From assembly GCA_946611215.1 (NCBI GenBank), contig CAMODD010000004.1:2717-66716 (forward strand): DNA of 64,000 nucleotides, read 5' to 3'. The DNA is from an uncultured Bacteroidales bacterium. GTDB taxonomy: Bacteria; Bacteroidota; Bacteroidia; Bacteroidales; UBA932. Made by a program: the position numbers and the translations under genes. The notes below the pieces were generated by a model. The model was not told the origin of the DNA. It ran no database searches and worked only from the letters and a program-made list of their open reading frames with translations. This document shows positions 8,742 to 18,748 of the stretch, one piece after another. The number at the start of each line of letters is the position of its first letter. Position 1 is the first letter of the stretch.

Positions 8742-9056
8742 ATGGCAAAAGTAGCAACAAACAATAATTTCACCGAACTTCTCCAGAGCGAGAAGCTGGT
8801 GGTGGTGGACTTCTGGGCCACCTGGTGCGGTCCGTGCCGCATGCTGTCTCCCATCCTGGACGAGGTCGAAGAAGAAATGGCCGGCAAGATGGAAGTCGTG
8901 AAAGTGAATGTGGACGACGCCGACGAAGTGGCCGCCCAGTACCGCATTATGAGCATTCCCACGCTGCTGTTCTTCAAGAACGGCCAGATTGTGGACAAGA
9001 CGGTGGGTGCCATGCCCAAGAACGCCCTGGTTGATAAAATCAATGCAAACCTGTAA
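8742..9056 (+). CDS. trxA: Thioredoxin
   Basis: VDFWATWCGPCRM, SIPTLLFFKNG. Confidence 0.97.
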   Translation: MAKVATNNNFTELLQSEKLVVVDFWATWCGPCRMLSPILDEVEEEMAGKMEVVKVNVDDADEVAAQYRIMSIPTLLFFKNGQIVDKTVGAMPKNALVDKINANL

Positions 9057-9067
9057 TATTTAACAGT

Positions 9068-9628
9068 ATGAAAAAACTTTTAACCGTTATCGTCGTGGCC
9101 CTGGCCTCCGTGACCATGGCTCACGCCCAGTTCGGCATCGTGGGAGGTTACACCTCCTCTACTACAAAACTTTCCGATGCCGCCAAGGAAGTAACCAGCG
9201 CAAACCTCTGGCATGCCGGTGTAGCTTATAAGATCAACATCGGAGCCCTGGCCATCCAGCCCTCCCTCACCTATAATATGAAGGGTACCACCATCGATAA
9301 CGTTCAGTACAAGTCCGGCTATGTAGAAGCCTCGGCCGGTGTCCAGATTGGCCTTGACCTTCTCGTGGCCCGTCCGTTCCTGGTGGCGGAACCTTTTATC
9401 GGATATCAGGTAACCGGTAATGAAGCCGCCGTCAAAGATGTGACCAACAAGCTGGAATGGGGCTTTGGCGTGGGCGTAGGTGCCGATGTCTTCAAGCACG
9501 TTCAGCTTCGTGTAGAGTGGTTCAAGAACCTGGGCGCCCTGGCCAATGCCTCCGGCGATCAGGTTGTGAACGCTCTCAAGGACACCAACTATCAGGGTAT
9601 CAAGATCACTGCCGGTATCTTCTTTTAA
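9068..9628 (+). CDS. Small outer membrane beta-barrel protein
   Basis: Signal peptide ending AHAQ, alternating beta strands, C-terminal Phe. Confidence 0.8.
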   Translation: MKKLLTVIVVALASVTMAHAQFGIVGGYTSSTTKLSDAAKEVTSANLWHAGVAYKINIGALAIQPSLTYNMKGTTIDNVQYKSGYVEASAGVQIGLDLLVARPFLVAEPFIGYQVTGNEAAVKDVTNKLEWGFGVGVGADVFKHVQLRVEWFKNLGALANASGDQVVNALKDTNYQGIKITAGIFF

Positions 9629-9660
9629 TAAGGCAGTTACTGACAAAATGCACAAAACAG

Positions 9661-9700
9661 GCAGCGCGTGAAGCAACAGAGTTCGCGCGCTGCATCTTTT
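9661..9700 (+). terminator. Hairpin, possible terminator or degenerate intergenic module
   Basis: GCAGCGCGTGAA...TTCGCGCGCTGC followed by ATCTTTT. Confidence 0.4.
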
Positions 9701-9704
9701 CATA

Positions 9705-10688
9705 ATGGAAGAGATCAAAGCCTATCTGCAGCCCGGTCTGGGGCTGGTGAACAGTTTCATTGACACGGCGCTCCAGAGCGATATCCAGCTTCTGGACAGC
9801 ACCAACCGCAGCCTCCGGGAGCACCCGGGCAAAATGATGCGGCCCATGCTGGCCCTTCTCGTAGCCCAGGCCGCCGGCATTGCCACGCCCCCGCCCGAAG
9901 ACACCTATCGCTATGCCGCCGCCACCGAGCTCCTGCATAACGCCACCCTCCTGCACGACGACGTCGTGGACGGCGCCACCGAGCGCCGCGGCCTTCCCAC
10001 GGTCGCATCCCTTCTCGGAGGCAGCGCCGCTGTCCTGATCGGCGATTACTGGCTGGCCAAGTGCCTGAGACTGGTGCTCGGCGCCCGCCGGGAAGCTGAT
10101 CGCGTCCTTCGCCTCTTCGCCCAGACCATCGGCCATCTTACGGAAGGAGAGCTTCTCCAGATGCAGAAGGCGTCGTCGGCCGACACTACCCAGGCCGATT
10201 ATATGCGTATCATCTACGGAAAAACCGCTTCCTTGTTCGAAAGCGCAGCTATGTCGGCGGCCCTCTCCGTAGGAGCCCCGGAAACGACTGTGCGCGCCAT
10301 GGGAGACTTCGCCCTCAACCTGGGCCTTGCTTTCCAGATCAAGGACGATATCTTTGACTATGAGGAAGATGCCTCTTCCATCGGCAAGCCCGTGGGCATC
10401 GATCTCAAGGAACAGAAAATAACGCAGCCGCTCCTGTGCGCGCTGGACGGGGCCGATGCCGCTACGCAGAAGGCCATCCGCGAAAAAGTGAAGAATATCC
10501 CGGATCATCCGGAATATATAGCCGATGTCACCGCCTTTGTCAAGGAGTGCGGTGGAGTGGAAAAAGCCGGCAAAGTGATAGATTCCTGTAAGGAAAAAGC
10601 CATTTCCTACCTGGAAATCCTTCCGGAATCCAAAGAAAAGTTGTATCTTGCAAAATTAGCCGAATTTGTAGGCCGAAGAAAGAAATAA
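9705..10688 (+). CDS. ispB: Long-chain polyprenyl diphosphate synthase (IspB-like)
   Basis: GKMMRP, ELLHNATLLHDDVVD..RRG, GKTA, AFQIKDD, GKPVGIDL. Confidence 0.85.
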   Translation: MEEIKAYLQPGLGLVNSFIDTALQSDIQLLDSTNRSLREHPGKMMRPMLALLVAQAAGIATPPPEDTYRYAAATELLHNATLLHDDVVDGATERRGLPTVASLLGGSAAVLIGDYWLAKCLRLVLGARREADRVLRLFAQTIGHLTEGELLQMQKASSADTTQADYMRIIYGKTASLFESAAMSAALSVGAPETTVRAMGDFALNLGLAFQIKDDIFDYEEDASSIGKPVGIDLKEQKITQPLLCALDGADAATQKAIREKVKNIPDHPEYIADVTAFVKECGGVEKAGKVIDSCKEKAISYLEILPESKEKLYLAKLAEFVGRRKK

Positions 10689-10689
10689 T

Positions 10690-11673
10690 ATGCGCGTATT
10701 TGGCAATGAGGAGGTCGTCAGCGCCCTTCACCGCATGGTGGAGAGCGGCCACATCCCGCATGCCATGCTCCTGCACCAGGAGGATGGCGGCGGCGCATTC
10801 CCCATTGTCCTCAACTTTCTGGAAGAGCTTTACGGCGGCAACCCCCGCGTAGGGAAACTCATCCACCCCGACATTCATTTCGTATTTCCCGTGGCCGGCT
10901 CCGACAAACCGGTGTCTCTCCAATATATAGCCCCGTTCCGGGAGCTGCTCCTTTCCAATCCCTATTTCTATGAAAATGAGCTCTATGCCGCCATTGGCAT
11001 CGAAGGAAAGCAGAGCAACATTTCCGTCAACGAAGCCCGCAGCATCCTGGAGCGCCTTTCGCTCTCGGCTGTGGAAGGCGGCTATCGCACGGTGGTCGTC
11101 TACCTCCCCGAAAAAATGAATGTACAGGCTGCCAATGCCCTCCTGAAAATGGTGGAAGAGCCGCCGCAAAAGACCCTGTTCCTCTTCATTACGCAGGCCC
11201 CCGAGAAAGTGCTTGTCACCATTTCTTCCCGCTGCCTGCATATGCGCGTACAGCCTTTGAGCCTTGAAGCAGAGGCAGAGGTCCACGCCCGTGAGGCTGC
11301 CGGCAACACGGTCCTTCAGGACCTTTTCCACGACATCCTTGACGCCATCGTCGCCCGGGATTTCCTCAAAGCCCTGGAAACCGGAGAAGCTGTGTCGGAA
11401 CTCAAGGTACGTGAGCAGCAGAAGAGCTTCTGCAAGCTGGCCGGAGAAGACCTCCGCCGCATTTTCCTCCTGCAGAAAATGCCGCAGCTGGCCCGTCTCC
11501 CGGAAGGCACGCAGGCCTTCTACGCCGGTATGGCCCAGCGCCTCAAACCCACCTTCGCCCGCAGGGCCCTTGCCGTCATGGACCGTTCCCTTCTCCTTGT
11601 GGAGCGCAATGTAAACCAGAAAATCCTCTTCACCGACATGGTGAATCAATTATATACCATTCAAAACGTATGA
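10690..11673 (+). CDS. holB: DNA polymerase III delta' subunit
   Basis: IPHAMLL, HPDIHFVFP, AANALLKMVEEPP, TISSRC. Confidence 0.88.
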   Translation: MRVFGNEEVVSALHRMVESGHIPHAMLLHQEDGGGAFPIVLNFLEELYGGNPRVGKLIHPDIHFVFPVAGSDKPVSLQYIAPFRELLLSNPYFYENELYAAIGIEGKQSNISVNEARSILERLSLSAVEGGYRTVVVYLPEKMNVQAANALLKMVEEPPQKTLFLFITQAPEKVLVTISSRCLHMRVQPLSLEAEAEVHAREAAGNTVLQDLFHDILDAIVARDFLKALETGEAVSELKVREQQKSFCKLAGEDLRRIFLLQKMPQLARLPEGTQAFYAGMAQRLKPTFARRALAVMDRSLLLVERNVNQKILFTDMVNQLYTIQNV

Positions 11674-12827
11674 CCGATTATTCCAACGAGACCATTCAGT
11701 TTGACTGTTTCCGCGGCTGTTCCATCGCCACCGATGAAGCGACCGGAGAACAGGACATCCGCTACCGGCAGGGATGCTGCAAACTGGAGGTATACAATAC
11801 GCTGAAGGGCATTGCCCAGGAGCAGTTCAACGACTATTACGAGGTTCGTTTCAAGAACACCCGGAAAGGTATCTACGTCAACGGCAGCGGCCAGAGCATC
11901 AAAACCGGAGACCTGGTGGTGGTGGAGGCTTCCAGCGGCCACGACCTGGGCATTGTGACGCTCGAGGGACCCATCGTAGGCCGTCAGATGAAGTGCAAGG
12001 GCGTGGACCCTAAAAAAGAACCTTTCAGGAAAATCTATCGCAAAGCCCGTCCCTTCGATATCCAGCGCTGGCAGGAGGCCATTGCCCGCGAGCAGGAAAC
12101 CATGATTCGTGCGCGCGTACTTGCCGCCAACCTGGGTCTGGAGATGAAAATCGGGGATGTGGAGTTCCAGGGAGACGGCACCAAGGCCATTTTTTATTAC
12201 ATTGCCGATGGTCGCGTAGATTTCCGTCAGCTCATCAAGGACTTTGCCGAGGAATTCCACATCCGCGTGGAAATGAAGCAGATTGGCGCCCGCCAGGAAG
12301 CCGGCCTCATCGGCGGCCTGGGCGTATGCGGACGCGAGCTTTGCTGCGCCAACTACATCACCGAGTTCAAGAGCATCACCACATCGGCCGCCCGCACCCA
12401 GGACCTGTCCCTGAACCCCCAGAAACTGGCCGGCCAGTGCGGCAAGCTCAAGTGCTGTCTCAATTACGAGGTCGAGGCTTATCTGGACGCCCATTCGCGC
12501 ATCCCGCGCGTGAACGAGCCCCTGGAATTCGAAGACGGCCAGGCCTGGCTGGTGAAGACCGACATTCTCGCCGAAACCCTTTACTTTTCCTATGAGAAAG
12601 GTTCACTGGCACAGATCTTCCCCCTGAAGGCCTCCGAGGTTCGCGAAATCCAGGCCATGAACCGCCGCGGAGAAAAACCCGACACGCTGCGTCAGGAAGA
12701 AGTGGCCGCCCCGGAATTCATTACGGCCGTGGGAGACGACGCCATCAACCGCTTCGATCCCGAAAAGAAAAAGCGTCGCCGTGGCCGTTCCAAGGGGCGT
12801 GGCAACAACAGGAAAAAAGAAGCCTGA
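11670..12827 (+). CDS. ricT: PSP1 / RicT (YaaT) family Fe-S regulatory protein
   Basis: RVDFRQL, QIGARQEA, GVCGRELCC, KLAGQCGKLKCCLNYE. Confidence 0.92.
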   Translation: MTDYSNETIQFDCFRGCSIATDEATGEQDIRYRQGCCKLEVYNTLKGIAQEQFNDYYEVRFKNTRKGIYVNGSGQSIKTGDLVVVEASSGHDLGIVTLEGPIVGRQMKCKGVDPKKEPFRKIYRKARPFDIQRWQEAIAREQETMIRARVLAANLGLEMKIGDVEFQGDGTKAIFYYIADGRVDFRQLIKDFAEEFHIRVEMKQIGARQEAGLIGGLGVCGRELCCANYITEFKSITTSAARTQDLSLNPQKLAGQCGKLKCCLNYEVEAYLDAHSRIPRVNEPLEFEDGQAWLVKTDILAETLYFSYEKGSLAQIFPLKASEVREIQAMNRRGEKPDTLRQEEVAAPEFITAVGDDAINRFDPEKKKRRRGRSKGRGNNRKKEA

Positions 12828-13246
12828 TGAAGTGCTGGGCATACATACTCGTGGCCGTCATGGCACTGTCCTGCCAAAGGCCTTCCTCCACCGAAGAATT
12901 CATCCGGGGAGACGGACCGTATATTTTTGCCGTGGACATGTCCGACAGCACGGCCCGCTATGATTTTGACCTTTATACGCGCATCGATGCGCAGAAGTTT
13001 CCGGCCGATGTCCGGCTGGATATAACATGGAAATCCCCCTCCGACTCCCTTTTCCGGGAGACCGTCTATCTTCCCGTCTCGGGCAACTCAACCCGATTCT
13101 CACATGACGCTTATGCGCCTTACAGGGCCGGTGTCGTGCCTGCGCAGTGGGGAAAGTGGACGCTGGAGATCAATGTTCCCATCATGCCCGAGGGCCTCTG
13201 TGGGATGGGGCTTGTTACAAAGAAAGTATGGGACACGGAAAACTGA
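12827..13246 (+). CDS. GldH-like lipoprotein
   Basis: Lipobox ALSC; size and position directly after ricT match Bacteroidetes gldH; C-terminal GLCGMGL. Confidence 0.55.
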   Translation: MKCWAYILVAVMALSCQRPSSTEEFIRGDGPYIFAVDMSDSTARYDFDLYTRIDAQKFPADVRLDITWKSPSDSLFRETVYLPVSGNSTRFSHDAYAPYRAGVVPAQWGKWTLEINVPIMPEGLCGMGLVTKKVWDTEN

Positions 13247-14034
13247 AGAAATTTGCAGAGAACGAGACGTTCCGCTGTCTGCTGCAGCCCGATGCATCGG
13301 CCATCCTGGATAAAGAACCCGGAAGCCGGGAACTCCGCCTCCGGGACCACGCCATCAAGGGCAACTGGGGGAAGGAAATGTTTGGCAACGACAACCCCAT
13401 CGTGGTGGAACTGGGCTGCGGAAAGGGAGACTACACCATAGCCCTGGCGCTCCGCAATCCCGGCGTGAACTATATCGGGGTGGACATCAAGGGCGCCCGC
13501 CTGTGGAAAGGCGCCAAGTACGCCACCGAAAACGCGCTTCCCAATGTGGCTTTTCTCAGAACCCGCATCGAGTTCATCGATGCGTTCTTCGGCCCGGGAG
13601 AAGTGAGCGAAATCTGGCTCACGTTCAGCGACCCCCAACTTAGAGGAAGCGAAAACGCCCGCCTCTCTTCGCCCCTTTTCCTGGAGCGCTACCGGCATTT
13701 CCTGAAGCCCGGCGGCATCATCCACCTCAAGACCGACTCCCGGTACCTGTACGAATACACCAAGGCTGTGGCCGAGGTGAATAAGCTGGAGGTATATACC
13801 TGTGAGACAGATGTCTACGCCCACGCAGAGCGCGTCCCGGAGGTAGTGACGCAGGTCCAGACCTTCTATGAGAAAATGTTCCTCGATATGGGCCTTCCCA
13901 TCACGTACATGGCCTTTGGCCTGGAACATGAGGGGCCGTATGCCTTCCCGGGAGAAACCTTCGACCATGAAAAGTGGCTGAAGGCGGAAGGTCCCCGGAG
14001 AAGTTTCTCCCATCAGCCTTCAAAGAGGGGATAA
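13228..14034 (+). CDS. trmB: tRNA (guanine-N7)-methyltransferase
   Basis: MGHGKLKKF, VELGCGKG, GVDIKGAR, IWLTFSDP, HLKTD; ATG at 13228. Confidence 0.95.
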   Translation: MGHGKLKKFAENETFRCLLQPDASAILDKEPGSRELRLRDHAIKGNWGKEMFGNDNPIVVELGCGKGDYTIALALRNPGVNYIGVDIKGARLWKGAKYATENALPNVAFLRTRIEFIDAFFGPGEVSEIWLTFSDPQLRGSENARLSSPLFLERYRHFLKPGGIIHLKTDSRYLYEYTKAVAEVNKLEVYTCETDVYAHAERVPEVVTQVQTFYEKMFLDMGLPITYMAFGLEHEGPYAFPGETFDHEKWLKAEGPRRSFSHQPSKRG

Positions 14035-14041
14035 TTTTTGC

Positions 14042-14049
14042 TATATTTG
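14042..14049 (+). promoter_or_regulatory. -7 promoter box
   Basis: TATATTTG 7 nt before the MerR-family ATG. Confidence 0.6.
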
Positions 14050-14056
14050 CACTATT

Positions 14057-14374
14057 ATGGGCAAACTTCTTTATACCATGGGCGAAGTCGCACAGGAACT
14101 GGGGGAGAATACCTCCGCCGTGCGCTACTGGAGCAATTATTTTGAGCAGTTTGTAAAACCCCAGCGAAACGCCAAGGGCAACCGGCTGTTCCACCCCGAA
14201 GACATTGAAACCCTGAAGCAGATCCAGTATCTCCTCAAAAACCAGGGACTCACTCTGGAAGGCGCCCTCCTGCGGCTCAGGGAAGACCGCAGGACCGTGG
14301 AAACACGTGTCAAGGTGCTGGATAAGCTCCGTCAAATCCGCGAAGATCTCGTTCAGGTGAAGCAAGCACTCTAA
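14057..14374 (+). CDS. MerR-family HTH regulator
   Basis: YTMGEVA..AVRYW..PQRNAKGNRLF, GLTLEGA. Confidence 0.9.
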   Translation: MGKLLYTMGEVAQELGENTSAVRYWSNYFEQFVKPQRNAKGNRLFHPEDIETLKQIQYLLKNQGLTLEGALLRLREDRRTVETRVKVLDKLRQIREDLVQVKQAL

Positions 14375-14378
14375 AACC

Positions 14379-15167
14379 ATGAAAGTAGGAGATATCACTG
14401 CGGTGCTGGAGGCCTTTGCTCCGCTCCGCATCCAGGAAAGCTGGGACAACAGCGGCCTTATCATCGGCTCGCCCGAGGACGAAGTCCATGGCGTGCTGGT
14501 GGGGTTTGACTGCACCTCGGCCCTCATTGACGAGGCTGTGGCAAAAGGCTGCGACATGGTGGTGACGCACCATCCGCTCATCTTCAAGGGCGTGAAACGC
14601 ATCGACGGCAAAGATCCCGTGGGAGCCGCCATCATGCAGGCTATCCGGAAGGGTGTGGCCGTCTATGCCGCACATACTACCGCCGACAAAGTCATTACCG
14701 GTGTGAGTGGCGCCATGGCCCGCCGGCTGGAGCTCCGGAACGTGAGCATCATGGTGCCCGAAGAAGACGGCACCGTCGGCCTTGGCTGCATCGGAGATTT
14801 CCCCGTTCCCATGAACGGAGAGGAGGCACTGCGCTACGTGCAGCGGAAGTTCGGCCTTCAGGTCATCAAAAGTTCCAAGCCTCTGGAGACCCCCATCACG
14901 CGGGTGGCGCTCCTTGGCGGCAGCGGCGGCGGAGAAATTCCCCAGGCCATGTCCAAAGGTGCCCAGCTCTATATTACCGCCGACATTTCCTACCACAACT
15001 TCTTTACCCCGGAAGGCTTCATGCTCATGGATGTGGGCCATTTTGAGAGCGAAGTGGAGATTGTGGACATTTTCGTTGCGCAAATCCGGAAAAATTTCCC
15101 TACCTTTGCAAGCTACAAAAGTACCGCGCTGGACAGGAGCAATCCGGTCCACTATTTTGTGATGTAA
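14379..15167 (+). CDS. Nif3-like dinuclear metal protein (YbgI family)
   Basis: ESWDNSGL, THHPLIF, HTTAD, GHFESE. Confidence 0.92.
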   Translation: MKVGDITAVLEAFAPLRIQESWDNSGLIIGSPEDEVHGVLVGFDCTSALIDEAVAKGCDMVVTHHPLIFKGVKRIDGKDPVGAAIMQAIRKGVAVYAAHTTADKVITGVSGAMARRLELRNVSIMVPEEDGTVGLGCIGDFPVPMNGEEALRYVQRKFGLQVIKSSKPLETPITRVALLGGSGGGEIPQAMSKGAQLYITADISYHNFFTPEGFMLMDVGHFESEVEIVDIFVAQIRKNFPTFASYKSTALDRSNPVHYFVM

Positions 15168-15188
15168 ATATAAATCGATTTATAAGAT

Positions 15189-16013
15189 ATGGCAAGTACC
15201 AAGAAAACAACCGCCGCCAAAGTGCAGGCCCCTATCGACAATCATGAAACTTTCGTCTCCCTGCAGAAGAGTTTCGCCGATTCCGATATGCCCGTGGAGG
15301 AGAAGCTCAAGACTCTCTATGAGCTTCAGGCCGCGGATTCCGAAATTGACAAGATCATCCAGCTGAGGGGTGAACTTCCCGCCGAGGTAGCCGCCCTGGA
15401 AGAGGAAATCGCAGACCTCAAGGAGCGCAGCGCGGAAATCAACGCTGTCGTAGACCAGTACAACCGCAACATTGCCGAGGCCAAACTGGCCATCGCCGAG
15501 CATGAGAGCGTGATTGAGAAGTATCAGCGCCAGCTGGAAACCATCGCCAACTCCCGTGAATACGACTCCCTGAACAAGGAAATCGAGAACCAGGAGCTCC
15601 TGCGCCAGATTGCCGAGAAGACCATCAATGACACCCGCTACGAGATTGGTGCCAAAAAGGCCAGCCTGGAAGAGATCAAGGACCTCCTGAACATCCGTCA
15701 GGAAGACCTGGCTGCCAAGAAGCACGAGCTCGAGACCATCGTGGACGAAACCGCCAAGGAAGAGGCTGTGCTCCGTGCACGCCGTGAGGAGTGCGCCGCC
15801 AAGATCGACGCCCGTACCATGAGCGCCTACGAGCGCATCCGCGCCAGCGTGCACAACCACCTGGCCGTCGTGGGCATCTACAACGGAGACTCCTGCGGAG
15901 GTTGCTTCAACACCATCACTCCTCAGCGCCGCGTTGAGGTGGCTTCCAACAAGAAGCTCATCATCTGCGAGCACTGCGGCCGTATCATCATCAACCCCGA
16001 CTTCTCCGAGTAA
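15189..16013 (+). CDS. Coiled-coil / C4 zinc-ribbon protein (DUF164 / CT398-like)
   Basis: Long coiled coil, CGGC...CEHCGRI; usual position after Nif3. Confidence 0.88.
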   Translation: MASTKKTTAAKVQAPIDNHETFVSLQKSFADSDMPVEEKLKTLYELQAADSEIDKIIQLRGELPAEVAALEEEIADLKERSAEINAVVDQYNRNIAEAKLAIAEHESVIEKYQRQLETIANSREYDSLNKEIENQELLRQIAEKTINDTRYEIGAKKASLEEIKDLLNIRQEDLAAKKHELETIVDETAKEEAVLRARREECAAKIDARTMSAYERIRASVHNHLAVVGIYNGDSCGGCFNTITPQRRVEVASNKKLIICEHCGRIIINPDFSE

Positions 16014-16022
16014 GTATTCCCT

Positions 16023-17513
16023 ATGGCCGCAGCCAGCAGTAAGAAGCCGCGTTCGCAGGAACCTCTGAATCTGGAGACCCTGATGGGGAACAAACCTCCT
16101 CAGGCTCTGGATGTAGAGGAGGCTGTGCTGGGTGCCATGCTGGTGGAGCCCGCCACCATCGACGAGTCCATGGAGGAGCTTTCTGCCTCCTGCTTCTACG
16201 ATCCCCAGCACCGCATGATCTTCGAGGCCATGTCGGAGCTGGTGAACGAGCACGTGAGCATAGACCTCGTCACCGTGAGCGAGAAGCTTCGCCAGAAGGG
16301 CAACCTGGAGGCCATCGGCGGCCCCGTGGTGCTTGCCAACCTCTCGCAGAACATCGGCGCGGCGGCCCATATCGAGTACTACATCAAGATCCTCAAGCAG
16401 AAGACCATCCAGCGGGATCTGATTACCGCCTCCTACGACATCCTCAAGCAGGCGTTCGACGAGTCCACCAACGTGGACGACCTCATCGACACCGCGCAGA
16501 CCAAAGTGTTTGCCGCCATCCAGAACAACGTGAAGCGGGATGTACAGGATATCGGCTCCATCATCAACTCCGTCCTCGACAACCTGCAGGAGCTGCAGAA
16601 CATCACCGGTCCGTCCGGCGTTCCCAGCGGCTATCCGTCCATTGACCGTGTTACCCAGGGCTGGCAGAAGAGCGACCTCATCATCCTGGCCGCCCGTCCG
16701 TCCGTGGGTAAGACCGCTTTCTCCCTGAACATCGCCCGCAATGCGGCCGTGGAGGCCAACATGCCGGTAGCCGTGTTCTCCCTGGAAATGAGCGCAGACC
16801 AGCTGGGCAAGCGACTCATCACCACCGAAAGCGGCCTGTCCGGCGAAAAGATCAAGGGTGGCGTCAAACTCGAACCCTACGAGTGGGTCCAGCTGGAAGA
16901 CACCCTCAAGCGCCTGGCAAAGGCCCCGCTCTACATCGATGACACCCCCGGCATTCCCATCATGGAATTCCGCACCAAGGCCAAGCGCCTTGTCAAGCAG
17001 AAGGGCGTGCGCCTTATCGTGGTGGACTACCTGCAGCTGATGCAGGGCCCGGTAGAGCTCCGCGGCCTGCGCGAGCAGGAAGTGGCGGCCATCTCCCGTA
17101 CCCTCAAGGCCACGGCCAAGGAACTGAACATCCCCATCATCGCCCTGTCGCAGCTCTCCCGTAATGCCGTGCAGCGCACCGGCGGTACCGGCAAACCGCA
17201 ACTGAGCGACCTCCGTGAGTCCGGCTCCATCGAGCAGGACGCCGATATGGTCATCTTTATCCACCGCCCGGACTTCGTGGGCATGTCGGACAATCCCGAG
17301 GACAAGGAAAAAGCCATCATTGTCATTGCCAAGCACCGTAACGGTGAGGTCTGTGACATTGAAATGAAGTATAAGGCCAATCAGGTCAAGTTTGTGGAAC
17401 CGGACCAGAGCCTGGACGTGTATGCCAGGGAGGGGCCGGTGGCCAGTGCGGCCAACACACCTTCTGCCGGTGATACGTCGGATTATAACTTTGACAGCCA
17501 GAGCGACTTCTAG
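16023..17513 (+). CDS. dnaB: Replicative DNA helicase
   Basis: ARPSVGKT, FSLEM, VDYLQL, LSQLSR, SDLRESGSIEQDAD, AKHRNG. Confidence 0.98.
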   Translation: MAAASSKKPRSQEPLNLETLMGNKPPQALDVEEAVLGAMLVEPATIDESMEELSASCFYDPQHRMIFEAMSELVNEHVSIDLVTVSEKLRQKGNLEAIGGPVVLANLSQNIGAAAHIEYYIKILKQKTIQRDLITASYDILKQAFDESTNVDDLIDTAQTKVFAAIQNNVKRDVQDIGSIINSVLDNLQELQNITGPSGVPSGYPSIDRVTQGWQKSDLIILAARPSVGKTAFSLNIARNAAVEANMPVAVFSLEMSADQLGKRLITTESGLSGEKIKGGVKLEPYEWVQLEDTLKRLAKAPLYIDDTPGIPIMEFRTKAKRLVKQKGVRLIVVDYLQLMQGPVELRGLREQEVAAISRTLKATAKELNIPIIALSQLSRNAVQRTGGTGKPQLSDLRESGSIEQDADMVIFIHRPDFVGMSDNPEDKEKAIIVIAKHRNGEVCDIEMKYKANQVKFVEPDQSLDVYAREGPVASAANTPSAGDTSDYNFDSQSDF

Positions 17514-17514
17514 T

Positions 17515-18330
17515 ATGCGAAGGCTCTTATTTACAGGAATCACCATGCTGGTTTCCCTGGCGCTTTCCGCCCAGGGAATTCCGCTTTGTAAGGAGGCTCC
17601 CTTCCAGGCGGGAGAGAGCGTAAGCATGGGCATTATGTATAAGTGGGGTGCCGTGAACACAGAGGTGGGGAAGGCCCGCCTTGCCATCGAGGAAGTGCCC
17701 TACGGCCCCGACTCCACGCTGGTTTTCCACTCTGCGTGCGTCGTAAAATCCACTCCCTTTTTCGATGCGTTTTACAAGATGAGGGAGCACTTCCAGTCCT
17801 GGTTCACCCTCGGTGAGATTCGCCCGCTGGAGGCCGTCCGGGACACCTATGAGAACGGATACACCGCCGCCAACCACTTTGTGTACGACTGGGAGGCCGG
17901 CATCATCCGGGCCGATGTCGCCTACAAAGGACAGGCCCCGGAGCGGAAGGAAATGCCGGTAAAGGGCCTCTCTAACGATCTCGTGAGCCTCATCTATTAT
18001 CTGAGGGGGCTGGACTGGGAGAAGGCCGATGCGGGAAGCCCCGTCCTGGTTCCCTTCGCCATAGACGATAACGTGTACGAAGTGAAGGTGACCTACCTGG
18101 GACCGGAGGTATTCAAGGTCCGTAAACAGGGAAAATTCCGTGCCCTCCGCTTCTCCTGCACGGTGGTAGCCGGCGCCCTCTTCGAGGGAGACAAGGAGAT
18201 TCAGGCGTGGTTCAGCGATGATGCCAACCACCTTCCGCTGGCCGTCATGGTGCCCCTCAGAATGGGAACGGTGTGGGCCTGGCTCAAGGGCTGGGAAGGG
18301 CTCAAGAATGAAATGGAAGCAAAACTGTAA
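17515..18330 (+). CDS. DUF3108-like exported protein
   Basis: Signal peptide, PFQAGE..YKWG, WFSDDANHLP; ATG at 17515. Confidence 0.7.
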   Translation: MRRLLFTGITMLVSLALSAQGIPLCKEAPFQAGESVSMGIMYKWGAVNTEVGKARLAIEEVPYGPDSTLVFHSACVVKSTPFFDAFYKMREHFQSWFTLGEIRPLEAVRDTYENGYTAANHFVYDWEAGIIRADVAYKGQAPERKEMPVKGLSNDLVSLIYYLRGLDWEKADAGSPVLVPFAIDDNVYEVKVTYLGPEVFKVRKQGKFRALRFSCTVVAGALFEGDKEIQAWFSDDANHLPLAVMVPLRMGTVWAWLKGWEGLKNEMEAKL

Positions 18331-18746
18331 TGGCAAAAGAAAGCGTATCACACAGAGGTAAGGTAATCCGGATCACCCCCGAAACCACCACGGTGTCCAT
18401 TCTCCAGAGCGGAGTGTGCTCCGAGTGCCATGCCGCCGGCCTGTGCGGCATGTCGGACATGGCCGAGAAAACGGTGGAGGTAGCTACCGATCCTTTCTCC
18501 GACGTCAAGGTGGGGGACGAGGTAGAGGTGCTTCTCAAGGCTTCCATGGGTATGAAAGCCGTATGGCTGGCGTACTTTATCCCGCTCATCATTCTCCTTG
18601 TCGTTATCCTGGGCCTGTCGGCCTTCGGGATGGCGGAAGTCCCTGCCGCTATGGTGGGACTCGGCTCCATCGGCCTGTACTATCTGGGCCTCTATCTTTT
18701 CCGGGACCGGCTCAAGAATGAATACAATTTTACAATAAAATCATAA
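18330..18746 (+). CDS. rseC: RseC/MucC family protein
   Basis: CSECHAAGLC cysteine motif, two C-terminal TM helices, directly upstream of rnfB. Confidence 0.85.
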   Translation: MAKESVSHRGKVIRITPETTTVSILQSGVCSECHAAGLCGMSDMAEKTVEVATDPFSDVKVGDEVEVLLKASMGMKAVWLAYFIPLIILLVVILGLSAFGMAEVPAAMVGLGSIGLYYLGLYLFRDRLKNEYNFTIKS

Positions 18747-18748
18747 CT

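Noticed and set aside
12827-13246. GldH-like gene as evidence of gliding motility
   Set aside because: gldH homologues follow ricT in non-motile Bacteroidales, and no other gld or spr genes are present
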